A stretch of 64,000 nucleotides of DNA from a candidate division WOR-3 bacterium (GTDB lineage Bacteria > Hydrothermota > Tepidihabitantia > Tepidihabitantales > Tepidihabitantaceae). A program made the position numbers and the translations under genes. Shown piece by piece: positions 51,967 through 62,019 of the stretch. The number at the start of each line of letters is the position of its first letter. Position 1 is the first letter of the stretch. The stretch is from assembly GCA_965649205.1 (NCBI GenBank), contig CBFGJV010000004.1:42134-106133 (forward strand). The letters are read 5' to 3'. The notes beneath the pieces were generated by a model. The model saw nothing but the letters and a program-made list of their open reading frames with translations. It was not told where the DNA came from and made no database searches.

Positions 51967-54090
51967 ATGCAGTCCGGACCCACAACACCGATGTCTAAGC
52001 CGCGACGAAACCTGTTAGACCTACTAATGGCCAAACCATATCTTCTGGTATTAGGAGGCACCTGTCTGCTGGGTTCGGTTTCCCTTATTTATCCTTTCGG
52101 TCGAGACCAGGGCATCTACGCCTTCCTGGCCAGTTCCCTCTTCGAAGGCAAAACACTATATCGGGACATCTGGATGGGTATGGCACCACTCACGGTATAC
52201 ATTCACGCTCTAGCTTTCCTGCTCTTTGGCCGCTCACCTATTTCTCTCCGCCTGCTAGACCTCGTCTGGACTATGGCCACTGCCGGGCTGGTCTTTGTAT
52301 TCGTACGTCGCTCCTTCGGAAAAGTCTGGCTGGCTGTTACGGCCGGTCTGATATACCCCTCATTTTATTACCTCCTCGGATACTGGGACACGGCCCAAGT
52401 TGATGGCTTTGCGAATTTCCCAGTAGTAGCGGCCTTTGTACTGGCCCTAACCGTACTTCGCTCACCTACCGCTTATAGCCGCCATTGGTTCTGGATTGGC
52501 GTGCTTTTTGGAGTTGCCTTCTTTTTTAAATATCCAATACTGATACTGCTCGCAGGTCTTGTTATTTTCGCTTTCTTCGCCACAAGAAAGATTCCAGCTC
52601 TCTCACTGTTCGACCCCGGCACACTTCCACTCGCACCTCCGTCTGTCCGTCCCAAGTATAATTGGAGACGATGTTTCGCCTCTCTCATTATCGGCTTCCT
52701 TGTTCCCTGTGTCTTGACGACGGTAATTATTTCCGCTTCAGGAGCCCTACCGGATTTCCTGCAGCCGATACTCCACCGAGCTTTTTCCTATCCTGCACAA
52801 AGCTACCTGCATGAAGGGCTGTTCAAACGAGCAATAAGATTTGTGGCCAGTTGTACCCTTGTTCCGTATTTCGGTATTCCTCTACTATTCTGTTCTGCAG
52901 GTATAGTATTCTCCATCCTCGTCCTCCTCCGCCGCAGAAAAGATTTCTTCGAACTCGATCGCTTACCAATAATCTTGTGCTGGGTATGGCTGGGGGCTGG
53001 CCTCATGTATGTATATATCCAAGGCCGGTTCTTCCCTTATCACTTCTTGATTCTTTTGCCCGTATCGGCGACCTTAGGAGCCATCGCTCTGTACTACTTC
53101 CGTATCTTTCTGGCTGACAGTATCTCCACTCGGCGCAGTCGTGTGCTACTCGCCGGGGTATTATCTGCATCTTTACTAGCCGGCAGCCCTTATCCAGACC
53201 GTTTCGCAACTCTTTTTCGTATAGTGGCTGGCAAGTTGTCTTTACGGACATACTGGTCTCAACCTACGCATAACACGGTGGATTTTGACCTTGCTGCTCA
53301 GCTGCGCGTCTCCAACTATATCCGTACGCAGAGCAAGAAAGGCGAACGCGTGCTTGTCTGGGCAGCAGACCCTTTAATAAATTTCCTCGCTGACCGCCCA
53401 TCCGCCACACGTTTTCCCTACAATCATCCACTTATTTCTCTTTGGTCGTGGCCTGAATTGAAAGCCGAATTTGTCCGGTCGCTGAAAGCGGACCCTCCCG
53501 CAATGCTGGTAGTAGCCCACCATGACTCTACGCCCCACGTAACCGGCCATCAGCTGGACTCCTATCTGGCCCTGAAAAACTTCTCGGAGTTTGCGGATTT
53601 CGTAAACGAGAACTATGAGCCAATAGCGGTATTTGGCCGCTACGATGTTCTCCGTCTTGCCCACACGGAGGATAGCCTCCCATCCTTCTATCATCTATCT
53701 ACCGAACTGCTGAAGCAAAATCTACGCGAGGCGCTCCAGTTTGCGACCCAGGTAAATCCCAGTTCTTATCGTTACATTCTCTGGCCTTGGCATGCCGAAA
53801 GTGCCCAAGCTGCCTTGCCGCTGCATCTCCAAAAACGACTAGTGAGTTACAGAAAACTAAACAACCTGATGTGGCGAGAAGAAACAAACTGGGATTCCCT
53901 GCTTCCTTCTCTGAGTATATGGATTGTGGACGATAACCGACCTTTAGGTTACTTGTCCCAACTTCGCAACCAGAACGCCCTCGAGGACTTGGTGACCGAC
54001 AGCCTGGCCTTTACGCTGCTATACTCCAGCAGCAACCGGGTTGCCTACGTATATCTTATTGAAAGACTGAGCGCCGAAACAGTCAGATAA
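51967..54090 (+). CDS. GT-C (ArnT-like) membrane glycosyltransferase with extra C-terminal domain
   Basis: RDQGIY, LYRDIW..P, many TM, FPYH motif, periplasmic tail. Confidence 0.75.
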   Translation: MQSGPTTPMSKPRRNLLDLLMAKPYLLVLGGTCLLGSVSLIYPFGRDQGIYAFLASSLFEGKTLYRDIWMGMAPLTVYIHALAFLLFGRSPISLRLLDLVWTMATAGLVFVFVRRSFGKVWLAVTAGLIYPSFYYLLGYWDTAQVDGFANFPVVAAFVLALTVLRSPTAYSRHWFWIGVLFGVAFFFKYPILILLAGLVIFAFFATRKIPALSLFDPGTLPLAPPSVRPKYNWRRCFASLIIGFLVPCVLTTVIISASGALPDFLQPILHRAFSYPAQSYLHEGLFKRAIRFVASCTLVPYFGIPLLFCSAGIVFSILVLLRRRKDFFELDRLPIILCWVWLGAGLMYVYIQGRFFPYHFLILLPVSATLGAIALYYFRIFLADSISTRRSRVLLAGVLSASLLAGSPYPDRFATLFRIVAGKLSLRTYWSQPTHNTVDFDLAAQLRVSNYIRTQSKKGERVLVWAADPLINFLADRPSATRFPYNHPLISLWSWPELKAEFVRSLKADPPAMLVVAHHDSTPHVTGHQLDSYLALKNFSEFADFVNENYEPIAVFGRYDVLRLAHTEDSLPSFYHLSTELLKQNLREALQFATQVNPSSYRYILWPWHAESAQAALPLHLQKRLVSYRKLNNLMWREETNWDSLLPSLSIWIVDDNRPLGYLSQLRNQNALEDLVTDSLAFTLLYSSSNRVAYVYLIERLSAETVR

Positions 54091-54103
54091 CACAGCTGGT
54101 ATC

Positions 54104-55984
54104 TCAACTGCTTAGCGAAACCGAGCTGGATACAGGAGGAATGATAACTACCTTGAAGGAAACGTTCGCATATATCACCGGAAAGTCTGTCGGCGTCTCC
54201 CTGTGCAGGACCGCAAAATTTACTCCATACTTATCTGCCAGCTGCAAAAGCTGGTCCTCCGTGATCCTTCGGTAGTTTGCGTTCATCTCCGCCAAAGCCG
54301 GGAATCCTCTCCCGCTTATCTCCCCGTAGCAGTCTGCTAACCGCTGCCGCCAAGCCAGCAACCCCGCATCTGATACTAACGTGCATTTAAAGTCTATGAC
54401 GACTGCCCGCCGAGCAGAAGCGCGAAATCGCTCAAAATGTGGCGGGATGAGGAATATGGCGTCGGACGGTGTGTACCGGCGACAGAAAGCCGCAATTTGG
54501 TCTTGCGAGTCCACAATATCCTCTACCTGGAAAAGCGGCTGCGTACCCCGCAGTAATCCTTCCAGCGGTCGAATGGGTCGATACTTGTGAACAATAACCA
54601 CAGCCACAGTCACCAATACAATTCCCGCGGCGGCCAGGTAGCGACGTAATCGATTCTGCATCTCCATCCATATCACTACTGCCCCAGCGAGAACCGCCAA
54701 AGTAAGCATCTCCGTATTGGAACGTCTGGTAAAAATGATTACTGCGACTCCGAAGAGAACGGTACCGGCCAGAAAGCACGTACGAACAAATCCGCCGTAT
54801 CGCTTCAACCATCGGCGGACAACTTCAACCACGTGTCCCCATAGCACAACATGTGGATGAGCAAACCCTGTAGGAAGAAACAAAAGGGAAGCAACCACTG
54901 GTTGTTCTGGCCATTCTCCCTGAGCCAATCGAACAATTGTGCCGGCAAACAACATTAACCCCAGCCACTTCATCACAAACACGTATCTGGACACTTGAAA
55001 GGTGGCCCAGAGGCGTGATGGCCACGCCTCTACGAACAAGTAACCACCCAACCAGAGCAAAAGTAGTAACCCTGCCACCAGGGCTACTCGCAGCGCCAGG
55101 GGGCGATTCGTCTCCGACTGACGATACCACCAGACCCAGGAAAACACAGCGGCAGCAAAGAAAAACCCCATCGCCACCCATTCCCTTTTTGGGAAAAAGG
55201 AAAAGAATACGTGATGGGGATTGCGGAACCACCCGAAAAGCATCACGTATTCCCTATTATTCATAATACGCTCCCCGCTGGCAGAAGACCAGAAAAGACC
55301 CACGGCTGCCGTAAGAACAACAGCCATTACCAGTGTCAACAGGAAAGTCCGAAGTCGGACCGAACGTCCCGTTATTCCCAGACCAAACAAAGAAGATAGA
55401 CCGCATGCTGCCAAGCCCAAAAGAGCTGCTCCGATTCCGACTAGGGGATGGATAGGAATAGCTACCAAGGCCAGCAAGGCACTGGCCAAGGGACGACACT
55501 TTATGCCTTGCCAGAGTGAAAGCAGGGCTGGTCCCAAGGCCAGAGAAGCAGGGAGCGCCCCAGAAATGAATAGGTAGGCCGACCGGCCTAATTCCACACT
55601 AGCCACAGACATCACTATCGTTGTGGCTACTGCCGCAGCGAAATCAGATCGGGCAAACATCTCTTTTGCCGCCAGGTAGGTAGCAAAGGCTACCACCGCA
55701 TTCTGCAGCCAGGTGAGAATTACGAACAACACTGGCACGGACAGAAGTTTTGCCGGGAACGTCAGCAGTCTTATGTAGAAAAACCTAGGACCGAACGACT
55801 CAAATGTCTTTACTACAAAGAAATCCCTAGCCAGACAGTTGGGATCAAGAGCATGCAATAGAAGCGGCAATTGACAGACCTCGTTGTATCTCCCGCAATA
55901 GTACCCGTGCAGGAAGGTAGAGGCCAGACCAGCCAGGGCCGCAAATACCAAGGCGTCGCCAAACGAACGACGTCCCTCTTTCAT
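54104..55984 (-). CDS. Polytopic membrane protein, GT-C-like (DUF6798-like C-terminus)
   Basis: DP..L..D.F, HPLVG, FRNPHH, FR..ARRAVV.DFK, W..RL; ATGA-coupled to the aminotransferase. Confidence 0.65.
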   Translation of the reverse strand: MKEGRRSFGDALVFAALAGLASTFLHGYYCGRYNEVCQLPLLLHALDPNCLARDFFVVKTFESFGPRFFYIRLLTFPAKLLSVPVLFVILTWLQNAVVAFATYLAAKEMFARSDFAAAVATTIVMSVASVELGRSAYLFISGALPASLALGPALLSLWQGIKCRPLASALLALVAIPIHPLVGIGAALLGLAACGLSSLFGLGITGRSVRLRTFLLTLVMAVVLTAAVGLFWSSASGERIMNNREYVMLFGWFRNPHHVFFSFFPKREWVAMGFFFAAAVFSWVWWYRQSETNRPLALRVALVAGLLLLLWLGGYLFVEAWPSRLWATFQVSRYVFVMKWLGLMLFAGTIVRLAQGEWPEQPVVASLLFLPTGFAHPHVVLWGHVVEVVRRWLKRYGGFVRTCFLAGTVLFGVAVIIFTRRSNTEMLTLAVLAGAVVIWMEMQNRLRRYLAAAGIVLVTVAVVIVHKYRPIRPLEGLLRGTQPLFQVEDIVDSQDQIAAFCRRYTPSDAIFLIPPHFERFRASARRAVVIDFKCTLVSDAGLLAWRQRLADCYGEISGRGFPALAEMNANYRRITEDQLLQLADKYGVNFAVLHRETPTDFPVIYANVSFKVVIIPPVSSSVSLSS

Positions 55985-57111
55985 TTTTCAGAAGCGAGCG
56001 ACACGATAGTATCGGTGACGTAAGACACTTCCGCTTCGCTCAATCGAGGATAAAGAGGTATGCTTAGGGTACGCTCGCCGATTTCCTCTGCCACCGGAAA
56101 TTCCCCCCCCGAAAATCCGTATCGCTGCCGGTAATACGCTCGCAGATGGACGGCTCGGTAATTCACTACCACTCCCACATTCCGCTCCTGGAGTTTTGCC
56201 AACCAGTCATCTCTTTTTCCTGCCGGCGCCCAGATAGTAAAAAGATGTCGAGCATGTTTCACTCCCGGCAGGGTTATGGGAAAATCTACTCCATTTTGTC
56301 TAAAAGTAATTTCATACTGTCTGGCAATCTGTTCTCTTCTTTCCCACAATTCCTCAATCCGTGTCAATTGCGGCAGCAGTACTGCTGCCTGCAAGTCAAA
56401 CATATTAGCCTTATAACCCGGGAAATACATATCCCAGTGCTGATAACGTTGATACCGCTCTGCTGCCGACTTGCTCATTCCGTGCAGACGAGCTATCACC
56501 AGATATTCTCGAAGTTTGTCGTCGTTCGTAACCACGGCCCCACCCTCCCCACAAGCCAGATTCTTAGTAGCATAGAAGCTGAAGGCAGCCGCATCGCCAA
56601 GTTGTCCGGGCCTTATACCATCGCGCACACCCTCGACACAGTGAGCAGAATCCTCTAATATATTAACGCCATACCGCTCACCCAATTCGCGCATCGCCTT
56701 CATATCCACCATTTGACCATACAGATGCACGGGAATAACAGCCTTTACTCCTCTTTCTTTCTTGAGAATATCCTCCAACTGATTCAGGTCTAAGAGCGCT
56801 GTCTTCGGATCAACATCGCAGAAAACGACTTCCGCCCCGCAATGCAACACTACGTTGGCACTGGCAATAAAGGTCATAGCCGGCACAACTACCTTGTCTC
56901 CGGGGCCGATACCCCACCCTTTAAGCACCAAAAAAAGACCGGCTGTGCAAGAAAACATTCCTACACAATGCTGCACACCAAGATACCGGGCGAAACTCTC
57001 TTCGAACTCTCTTGTTTTCGGGCCCGTCGTGAGAAATATGCTGTCCAGTACCTCGGCCACTGCCCGCTTTTCCGCTTCACCCAGAGAATGTCTGTAAAAC
57101 TCAACCTTCAT
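55981..57111 (-). CDS. DegT/DnrJ/EryC1/StrS-family sugar aminotransferase
   Basis: LTTGP, TFIASAN, PVHLYG, EDSAH, FSFYATKNL..GEGG, LSIPLYP. Confidence 0.93.
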   Translation of the reverse strand: MKVEFYRHSLGEAEKRAVAEVLDSIFLTTGPKTREFEESFARYLGVQHCVGMFSCTAGLFLVLKGWGIGPGDKVVVPAMTFIASANVVLHCGAEVVFCDVDPKTALLDLNQLEDILKKERGVKAVIPVHLYGQMVDMKAMRELGERYGVNILEDSAHCVEGVRDGIRPGQLGDAAAFSFYATKNLACGEGGAVVTNDDKLREYLVIARLHGMSKSAAERYQRYQHWDMYFPGYKANMFDLQAAVLLPQLTRIEELWERREQIARQYEITFRQNGVDFPITLPGVKHARHLFTIWAPAGKRDDWLAKLQERNVGVVVNYRAVHLRAYYRQRYGFSGGEFPVAEEIGERTLSIPLYPRLSEAEVSYVTDTIVSLASEK

Positions 57112-58078
57112 ATTCCACTCCTTTCCCGGCTGTGCGACCTGTTGTTTCCACGCTTCCAAAGCCTACCCGCTCTTTTACGATGTAAAGCGGTCTCCTTTTC
57201 GTCTCCGCAAAGGTACGACCAAGATATATACCCACTATGCCTAATGTAGCAATAATCAATCCACTCAAGAAAAACAAAGACACCACAAGGCTCGCCCATC
57301 CTGCAACTGACACTCTGTGCAGCAGTGCCCGGATGACTATATACAGGCCATAAGCCAGAGCAAATACCGCAATGGTAAATCCCAGACGTACGGTCAGGTG
57401 GAGTGGTTTATCGGAATAGGCAATGATGGCATCTTCTGCCAGGCGCCAACGTTTGCGAAACGAATACCCACTTCCTCCGGCTGCACGGGCATCGTGCTGC
57501 ACATCGACCGTGGTAGAAGGAAAACCCATCCAGTCCAACATACCAGCAACATAGCGCATCTGCTCCCGCATGGTCCGAAAATTCTCCACCACCCGGCGGG
57601 AAAGCATACGGAAGGCACCTATCTGTTCATCCCGATGCATTCCCGTGAAATAATTAAAAAGTCTGGAAAAGAACCAAGAGGCCAGTCGTTCAGACAGACG
57701 GTGCTTCCGCTTTACCCTTCGAGCATGAACAACGTCGTAACCTTCCAGCGCTCGAGCATAGAGTTTGGGTATTTCCTCGGGGCGATGCTGCAAATCTCCG
57801 TCCATGATCACAACCCAGTCGCCGTCACAAACATCCAAACCGGCTGTGATGCCGTGATGCTGGCCAAAGTTGCGACTGAACTGAATTCCCTTCACTCTAC
57901 TGTCCTTCCCCGCCAATTCTTCCACTATCGTCCAAGTGCGGTCCCGACTGCCATCATCCACGAAAATTATCTCGTAGTCCGGATGCAGGGAAGCAAGTAC
58001 TTTGCTCAGACGCGTGTACAACTCAATCAGACAACGTTCCTCATTGTACAGAGGAATTACGGCAGAAAGATGTGGCAT
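57101..58078 (-). CDS. Polyprenyl-phosphate glycosyltransferase (GT2, ArnC/GtrB-like)
   Basis: VIPLYNEE, VDDGSRD, SRNFGQ, MDGDLQH, two C-terminal TMs, RPLYIV. Confidence 0.92.
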   Translation of the reverse strand: MPHLSAVIPLYNEERCLIELYTRLSKVLASLHPDYEIIFVDDGSRDRTWTIVEELAGKDSRVKGIQFSRNFGQHHGITAGLDVCDGDWVVIMDGDLQHRPEEIPKLYARALEGYDVVHARRVKRKHRLSERLASWFFSRLFNYFTGMHRDEQIGAFRMLSRRVVENFRTMREQMRYVAGMLDWMGFPSTTVDVQHDARAAGGSGYSFRKRWRLAEDAIIAYSDKPLHLTVRLGFTIAVFALAYGLYIVIRALLHRVSVAGWASLVVSLFFLSGLIIATLGIVGIYLGRTFAETKRRPLYIVKERVGFGSVETTGRTAGKGVEYEG

Positions 58079-58171
58079 GGCGAAAAGGGATACTAACAGA
58101 CTACATGCAGACGTCAAGAGATTGACCAGCTTCTGCCCTCTCTTATAATCCCCTCCAGCCAGCAAAGTCTT

Positions 58172-60649
58172 ATGTCGGAACAGAGAACAGACAACGAACA
58201 CGCCAGGACGACGGCAACTCCGCTTCTTCCCGGACCGCCGATGTCTGCTTCGGCCACGGGTGGCGCATCTTCTTTGGCCCTGCAGGTCACAATGATTGTA
58301 GCTGGTATTATCCTGCTAGCACTAGCAGCTGTTTTCGCTTATACCGACAACTGGCTGTTTGCCGCCCGTGGACGTGTATTTGTACGCTTGCCCGGTATGC
58401 TACCCGGCCAGTATTACTTCTTTCCTCTCTGGCTAGTGCTTCTGGGACTGCCCGGAGTACTTGTGGCCTTGGGGTATGTTCTCTCTCCCACTTTCCGCAC
58501 AGCTCTACGTGTTCCTTGGCGTTCCCCCAGTACCGCAACTCCGCTGGCAATAGCCTTAGCTGCCTTTATCTTCTCCATGATACCCGCCGAGAATCAGGGC
58601 ACCTATATTCGGGAGACGGGAACCACTATGGTTTTCTACTTGATGCTCGCCGGCTGTGGCACCACCCTACTTCTCATCGGAGCATATCGGTGGCTCAAAT
58701 TCCTAGACCGCCCCATGGAAAAACTGGAACACTGGATTTTGGGGCTTAATCCAAAGATCTTCATTCTTCTTCTGTTTAGTTTCACCTTTCTCGTTGCGAA
58801 TCTTATTTCCTTTTTCTGTTTCGAGCATATGCCCCATGTGGAAGACTCTATTGCCCAAGTATTTCAGGCACGTATCTTTGCCTCGGGCAGGCTGTGGCTG
58901 CCCTCTCCCCGCTTCCCCGATTTCTTCGACTACACCCATATCATAAACAACGGCCGGTGGTATTCGCAGTATTCATTTCTACATTCTTTCCTGCTGATGT
59001 TTGGAGTATTTATCGGCGCACCCTGGATTATTAACCCCCTCTTAGGCGCTTTAACCGTTCCTCTCATTTACATACTGGGCCGCGACCTGTACGGAGAACG
59101 TACCGGGCGGTTCGCCGGCGTTCTCGCCGCGTTGTGTCCGTTCATATTCAATATGTCAGCCGAGTATATGAACCATGCCAGTGCCCTACTGTTTTCCACC
59201 TTATTCCTTATCTTCTATTTTCGGACCATCGACCTGAAGGATAGTTCGTCTAATTCTCCTGCTTCTAATCCCGACAACAAGCACAAATGGCTGAACCCAT
59301 TAATAGCAGGAATTGCCCTGGGACTGGTTGCTAATATCCGTCCCTATACCGCCTTGGGCATAGCAGCTCCGTTTGCCATCTACGGCATCTACCTGCTGGA
59401 AAAAGAGCGCGGCCGTCACCTGGCCCAGTTTACTCTTATGGTACTGGCAGCAGCAGCGACCACGAGTCTGGTATTCATATACAACTGGTTGACTAACGGA
59501 AATCCTTTTCTCTGGGGTTATGTGGTAAAGTGGGGACCGGGACACGAAATAGGTTTTGGCAGATCCGCCTGGGGAGCAGCACACACACCCTTACGGGGAC
59601 TTATCAACTCTCTCAGCAACCTTAACCGAGGAAATAAATCTATCTACGAATGGCCGATTCCTTCTCTTCTGCCTCTCATTTTGCTTTTCGCTTCCGGCAC
59701 GCGCAACCGCCGGGACTGGTTGCTTTTTTCCGCCTTCGCTAGCTTGATAATAGCCTTTTTCTTCTATTGGTTTGAGAATATAAGTTTCGGCTCTCGTTTT
59801 CTGTATGAATCTTCTGCTGCTATTGTCATCCTTACCGTACGGGGAGTGCAACAATTGGGGCCATTCCTCCGTCGTAGCTTTGGTTTGATGAGCGTCTCCG
59901 ATGAATCCGTAAGTCGTTTCCTGCGTCGCCTCTGGCCTGTCTTGGCCGTCCTCACAATTGGCATAACCTTGCCGCCCGTATTCCATACCTTTCGCACCTA
60001 TCACGGAGTAAGCGGCAAACTGGTACGGACCGTAAAACGCGCAGGACTCAAGAATGCACTAGTGTTCTGTGGCCATCTGGGACATGGGTTCTCTGCCAAT
60101 CGGCTAAGTCTAGACGGAGATGTTGTGTATGCCAAGGACTACGGATTGTGCAATCCGGCGCTTACCCTGGCCTACCCGGACCGTGACTACTACTACGGCA
60201 ACTGGGATACTTTGCGCCGTCTGGAGGGCATAGAATACTCCAAATCGCGGTTGAAACGAGCCTTGGACGAAATGGGCAGCTTTCTGGCAGAATTGGACGT
60301 GTCTTCCTATCGAACAGTCATCTGGCCATTCAACGATATACCTCTACCTGTAATAGAATCCGGACCTCGTGTGCTTGATCCTCGCGAAATGTCCCGCGAA
60401 ATATTCACAGGAAAGCACGAATTCGACGACTACCTGCCGGCTATCGCCTGCTGGATAGTCAACGACAACCGCGAACATCTGAGGATTTTCTCATTTATGA
60501 ACGACCTGCAAAACGTGCTGGCCGGCACATACAAGTTCACTCTGTTAATGGTAACCTCAGAAGGTACGGGAGCAGTGTATGAAATTTCTTTTGCGACCGG
60601 CCGCGAGCTCACAGTACCACCTCGTCCTACTGCTGTACCTCTACGGTAG
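58172..60649 (+). CDS. GT-C (ArnT/PMT-like) membrane glycosyltransferase with extra C-terminal domain
   Basis: HVEDS.A..FQA..FA.G.L, EYMNH, RPYT, YN..TNG.P, G.RFLYE. Confidence 0.78.
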   Translation: MSEQRTDNEHARTTATPLLPGPPMSASATGGASSLALQVTMIVAGIILLALAAVFAYTDNWLFAARGRVFVRLPGMLPGQYYFFPLWLVLLGLPGVLVALGYVLSPTFRTALRVPWRSPSTATPLAIALAAFIFSMIPAENQGTYIRETGTTMVFYLMLAGCGTTLLLIGAYRWLKFLDRPMEKLEHWILGLNPKIFILLLFSFTFLVANLISFFCFEHMPHVEDSIAQVFQARIFASGRLWLPSPRFPDFFDYTHIINNGRWYSQYSFLHSFLLMFGVFIGAPWIINPLLGALTVPLIYILGRDLYGERTGRFAGVLAALCPFIFNMSAEYMNHASALLFSTLFLIFYFRTIDLKDSSSNSPASNPDNKHKWLNPLIAGIALGLVANIRPYTALGIAAPFAIYGIYLLEKERGRHLAQFTLMVLAAAATTSLVFIYNWLTNGNPFLWGYVVKWGPGHEIGFGRSAWGAAHTPLRGLINSLSNLNRGNKSIYEWPIPSLLPLILLFASGTRNRRDWLLFSAFASLIIAFFFYWFENISFGSRFLYESSAAIVILTVRGVQQLGPFLRRSFGLMSVSDESVSRFLRRLWPVLAVLTIGITLPPVFHTFRTYHGVSGKLVRTVKRAGLKNALVFCGHLGHGFSANRLSLDGDVVYAKDYGLCNPALTLAYPDRDYYYGNWDTLRRLEGIEYSKSRLKRALDEMGSFLAELDVSSYRTVIWPFNDIPLPVIESGPRVLDPREMSREIFTGKHEFDDYLPAIACWIVNDNREHLRIFSFMNDLQNVLAGTYKFTLLMVTSEGTGAVYEISFATGRELTVPPRPTAVPLR

Positions 60650-60735
60650 CCACATCAAACTCTTGCCGCCCAACGTCATGTTAGCTGATAAATACGCTTG
60701 ACTGACTATTACCCCCTATTATGATGGAAAGCAGG

Positions 60736-62019
60736 ATGTACCCAGAATACACTGATTTTTCGGCAACCGTACTGGACCTCGGACCAGAAGCAATCGACCG
60801 CTTGGAGATGGAGCGTTTACGCAACGTGCTGTCGGCAAAACAACCAACTTCTGAACGTCTGGAGCTGGGAGATGAAGAGCTACTGCGACGTTTGAATCTT
60901 CTGGTTGCGGACCATTCGCTGCATCTAACCGCAGCTGGCCTGCTGCTCGTAGGAAAAGAAGAAGCGCTAAAACGTACCATTCCGGGGCATGAAGCCATTT
61001 ATCTGCACATGCATAACCAAACCGAGTACAGGCGACGGCTGGATACATCTAAATCGCTCTTGTCCATCCTGCAAAGTATGACGCAGGCCGTAGAGCCCCA
61101 CAACCAGGTATTTACGCTCAAACTCGGATTGTTTCACTTCGACATTCCGGATTTTCCTCAGGAGGTCTATCGCGAAGCCCTACTCAACGCCCTGGTTCAT
61201 AGAGACTATCAGCGACACGGTCCAGTTTACCTGCGCCATTATCCCGACCGCCTAGAAATCTCCAGTCCGGGAGGATTCTACGGCGGTGTAACTGCCGAGA
61301 ACCTGCTCGGGCACGAACCTGTGACGCGCAATCGTCTGCTGGCCGAAGCTCTTCAGCGTATTGGACTAGTAGAAAGAGCCGGTATGGGCGTCAAGCGTAT
61401 GTTCCAGGTTATGCTTTCCTTTGGCAAAGAGCCGCCTGCCTACGAAGCCACGGCCGACTTCGTGCGTGTCAACCTGCGCAGCGGCCGTACCGGAAGCGGC
61501 GCAGGGATTGATGAAACCTTTGCCCGGTTTGTAGCTCAAGAACAAAAGGAAGGGCGAGAGCTGGGTTTATCTGACCTTCTAATTTTGAACTTTCTCAAGC
61601 GTAACCGGGAAATAGATACAGCCGAGGCCAAACGCATACTGCAACGAGGGGAAAGCGAAGCCCTGGAAACCCTCAACTCCATGGTTGCGCGCCAACTCCT
61701 GGAACCGTTCGGCCAGAAGAAGGGCCGCATCTACCGTCTGTCCAAACGAGTATATTCCAGCCTGCGCACATGTGTTGACTACCAGATATTCCGCCGGGCC
61801 GAAGCCGCCTATGCTGAAAACACTATTCTGGCCTACCTGGATGAAATGCCAGAAGGCCGCCAGTACGTCACTAACGAAATAGTACGCACACTTCTGCGGG
61901 TCAACGCTCACCAGGCTGGTTATATTCTCTCCAACCTAGTCAAGAAAAAGAAGTTGATCCTCCGTGGTCGCAGTCGCTCCGCCAGATACTACAAGAACAA
62001 ACAGCTCACCGCCTTCTAA
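60736..62019 (+). CDS. HATPase_c_4 (RecG-C-like) + winged-helix protein lacking the usual N-terminal AlbA_2 domain
   Basis: T.AGLLL.G, REALLNALVHRDY, ISSPGG, RN.LLA, VERAG.G, C-terminal wHTH-like segments; start may be 60721 or 60736. Confidence 0.8.
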   Translation: MYPEYTDFSATVLDLGPEAIDRLEMERLRNVLSAKQPTSERLELGDEELLRRLNLLVADHSLHLTAAGLLLVGKEEALKRTIPGHEAIYLHMHNQTEYRRRLDTSKSLLSILQSMTQAVEPHNQVFTLKLGLFHFDIPDFPQEVYREALLNALVHRDYQRHGPVYLRHYPDRLEISSPGGFYGGVTAENLLGHEPVTRNRLLAEALQRIGLVERAGMGVKRMFQVMLSFGKEPPAYEATADFVRVNLRSGRTGSGAGIDETFARFVAQEQKEGRELGLSDLLILNFLKRNREIDTAEAKRILQRGESEALETLNSMVARQLLEPFGQKKGRIYRLSKRVYSSLRTCVDYQIFRRAEAAYAENTILAYLDEMPEGRQYVTNEIVRTLLRVNAHQAGYILSNLVKKKKLILRGRSRSARYYKNKQLTAF

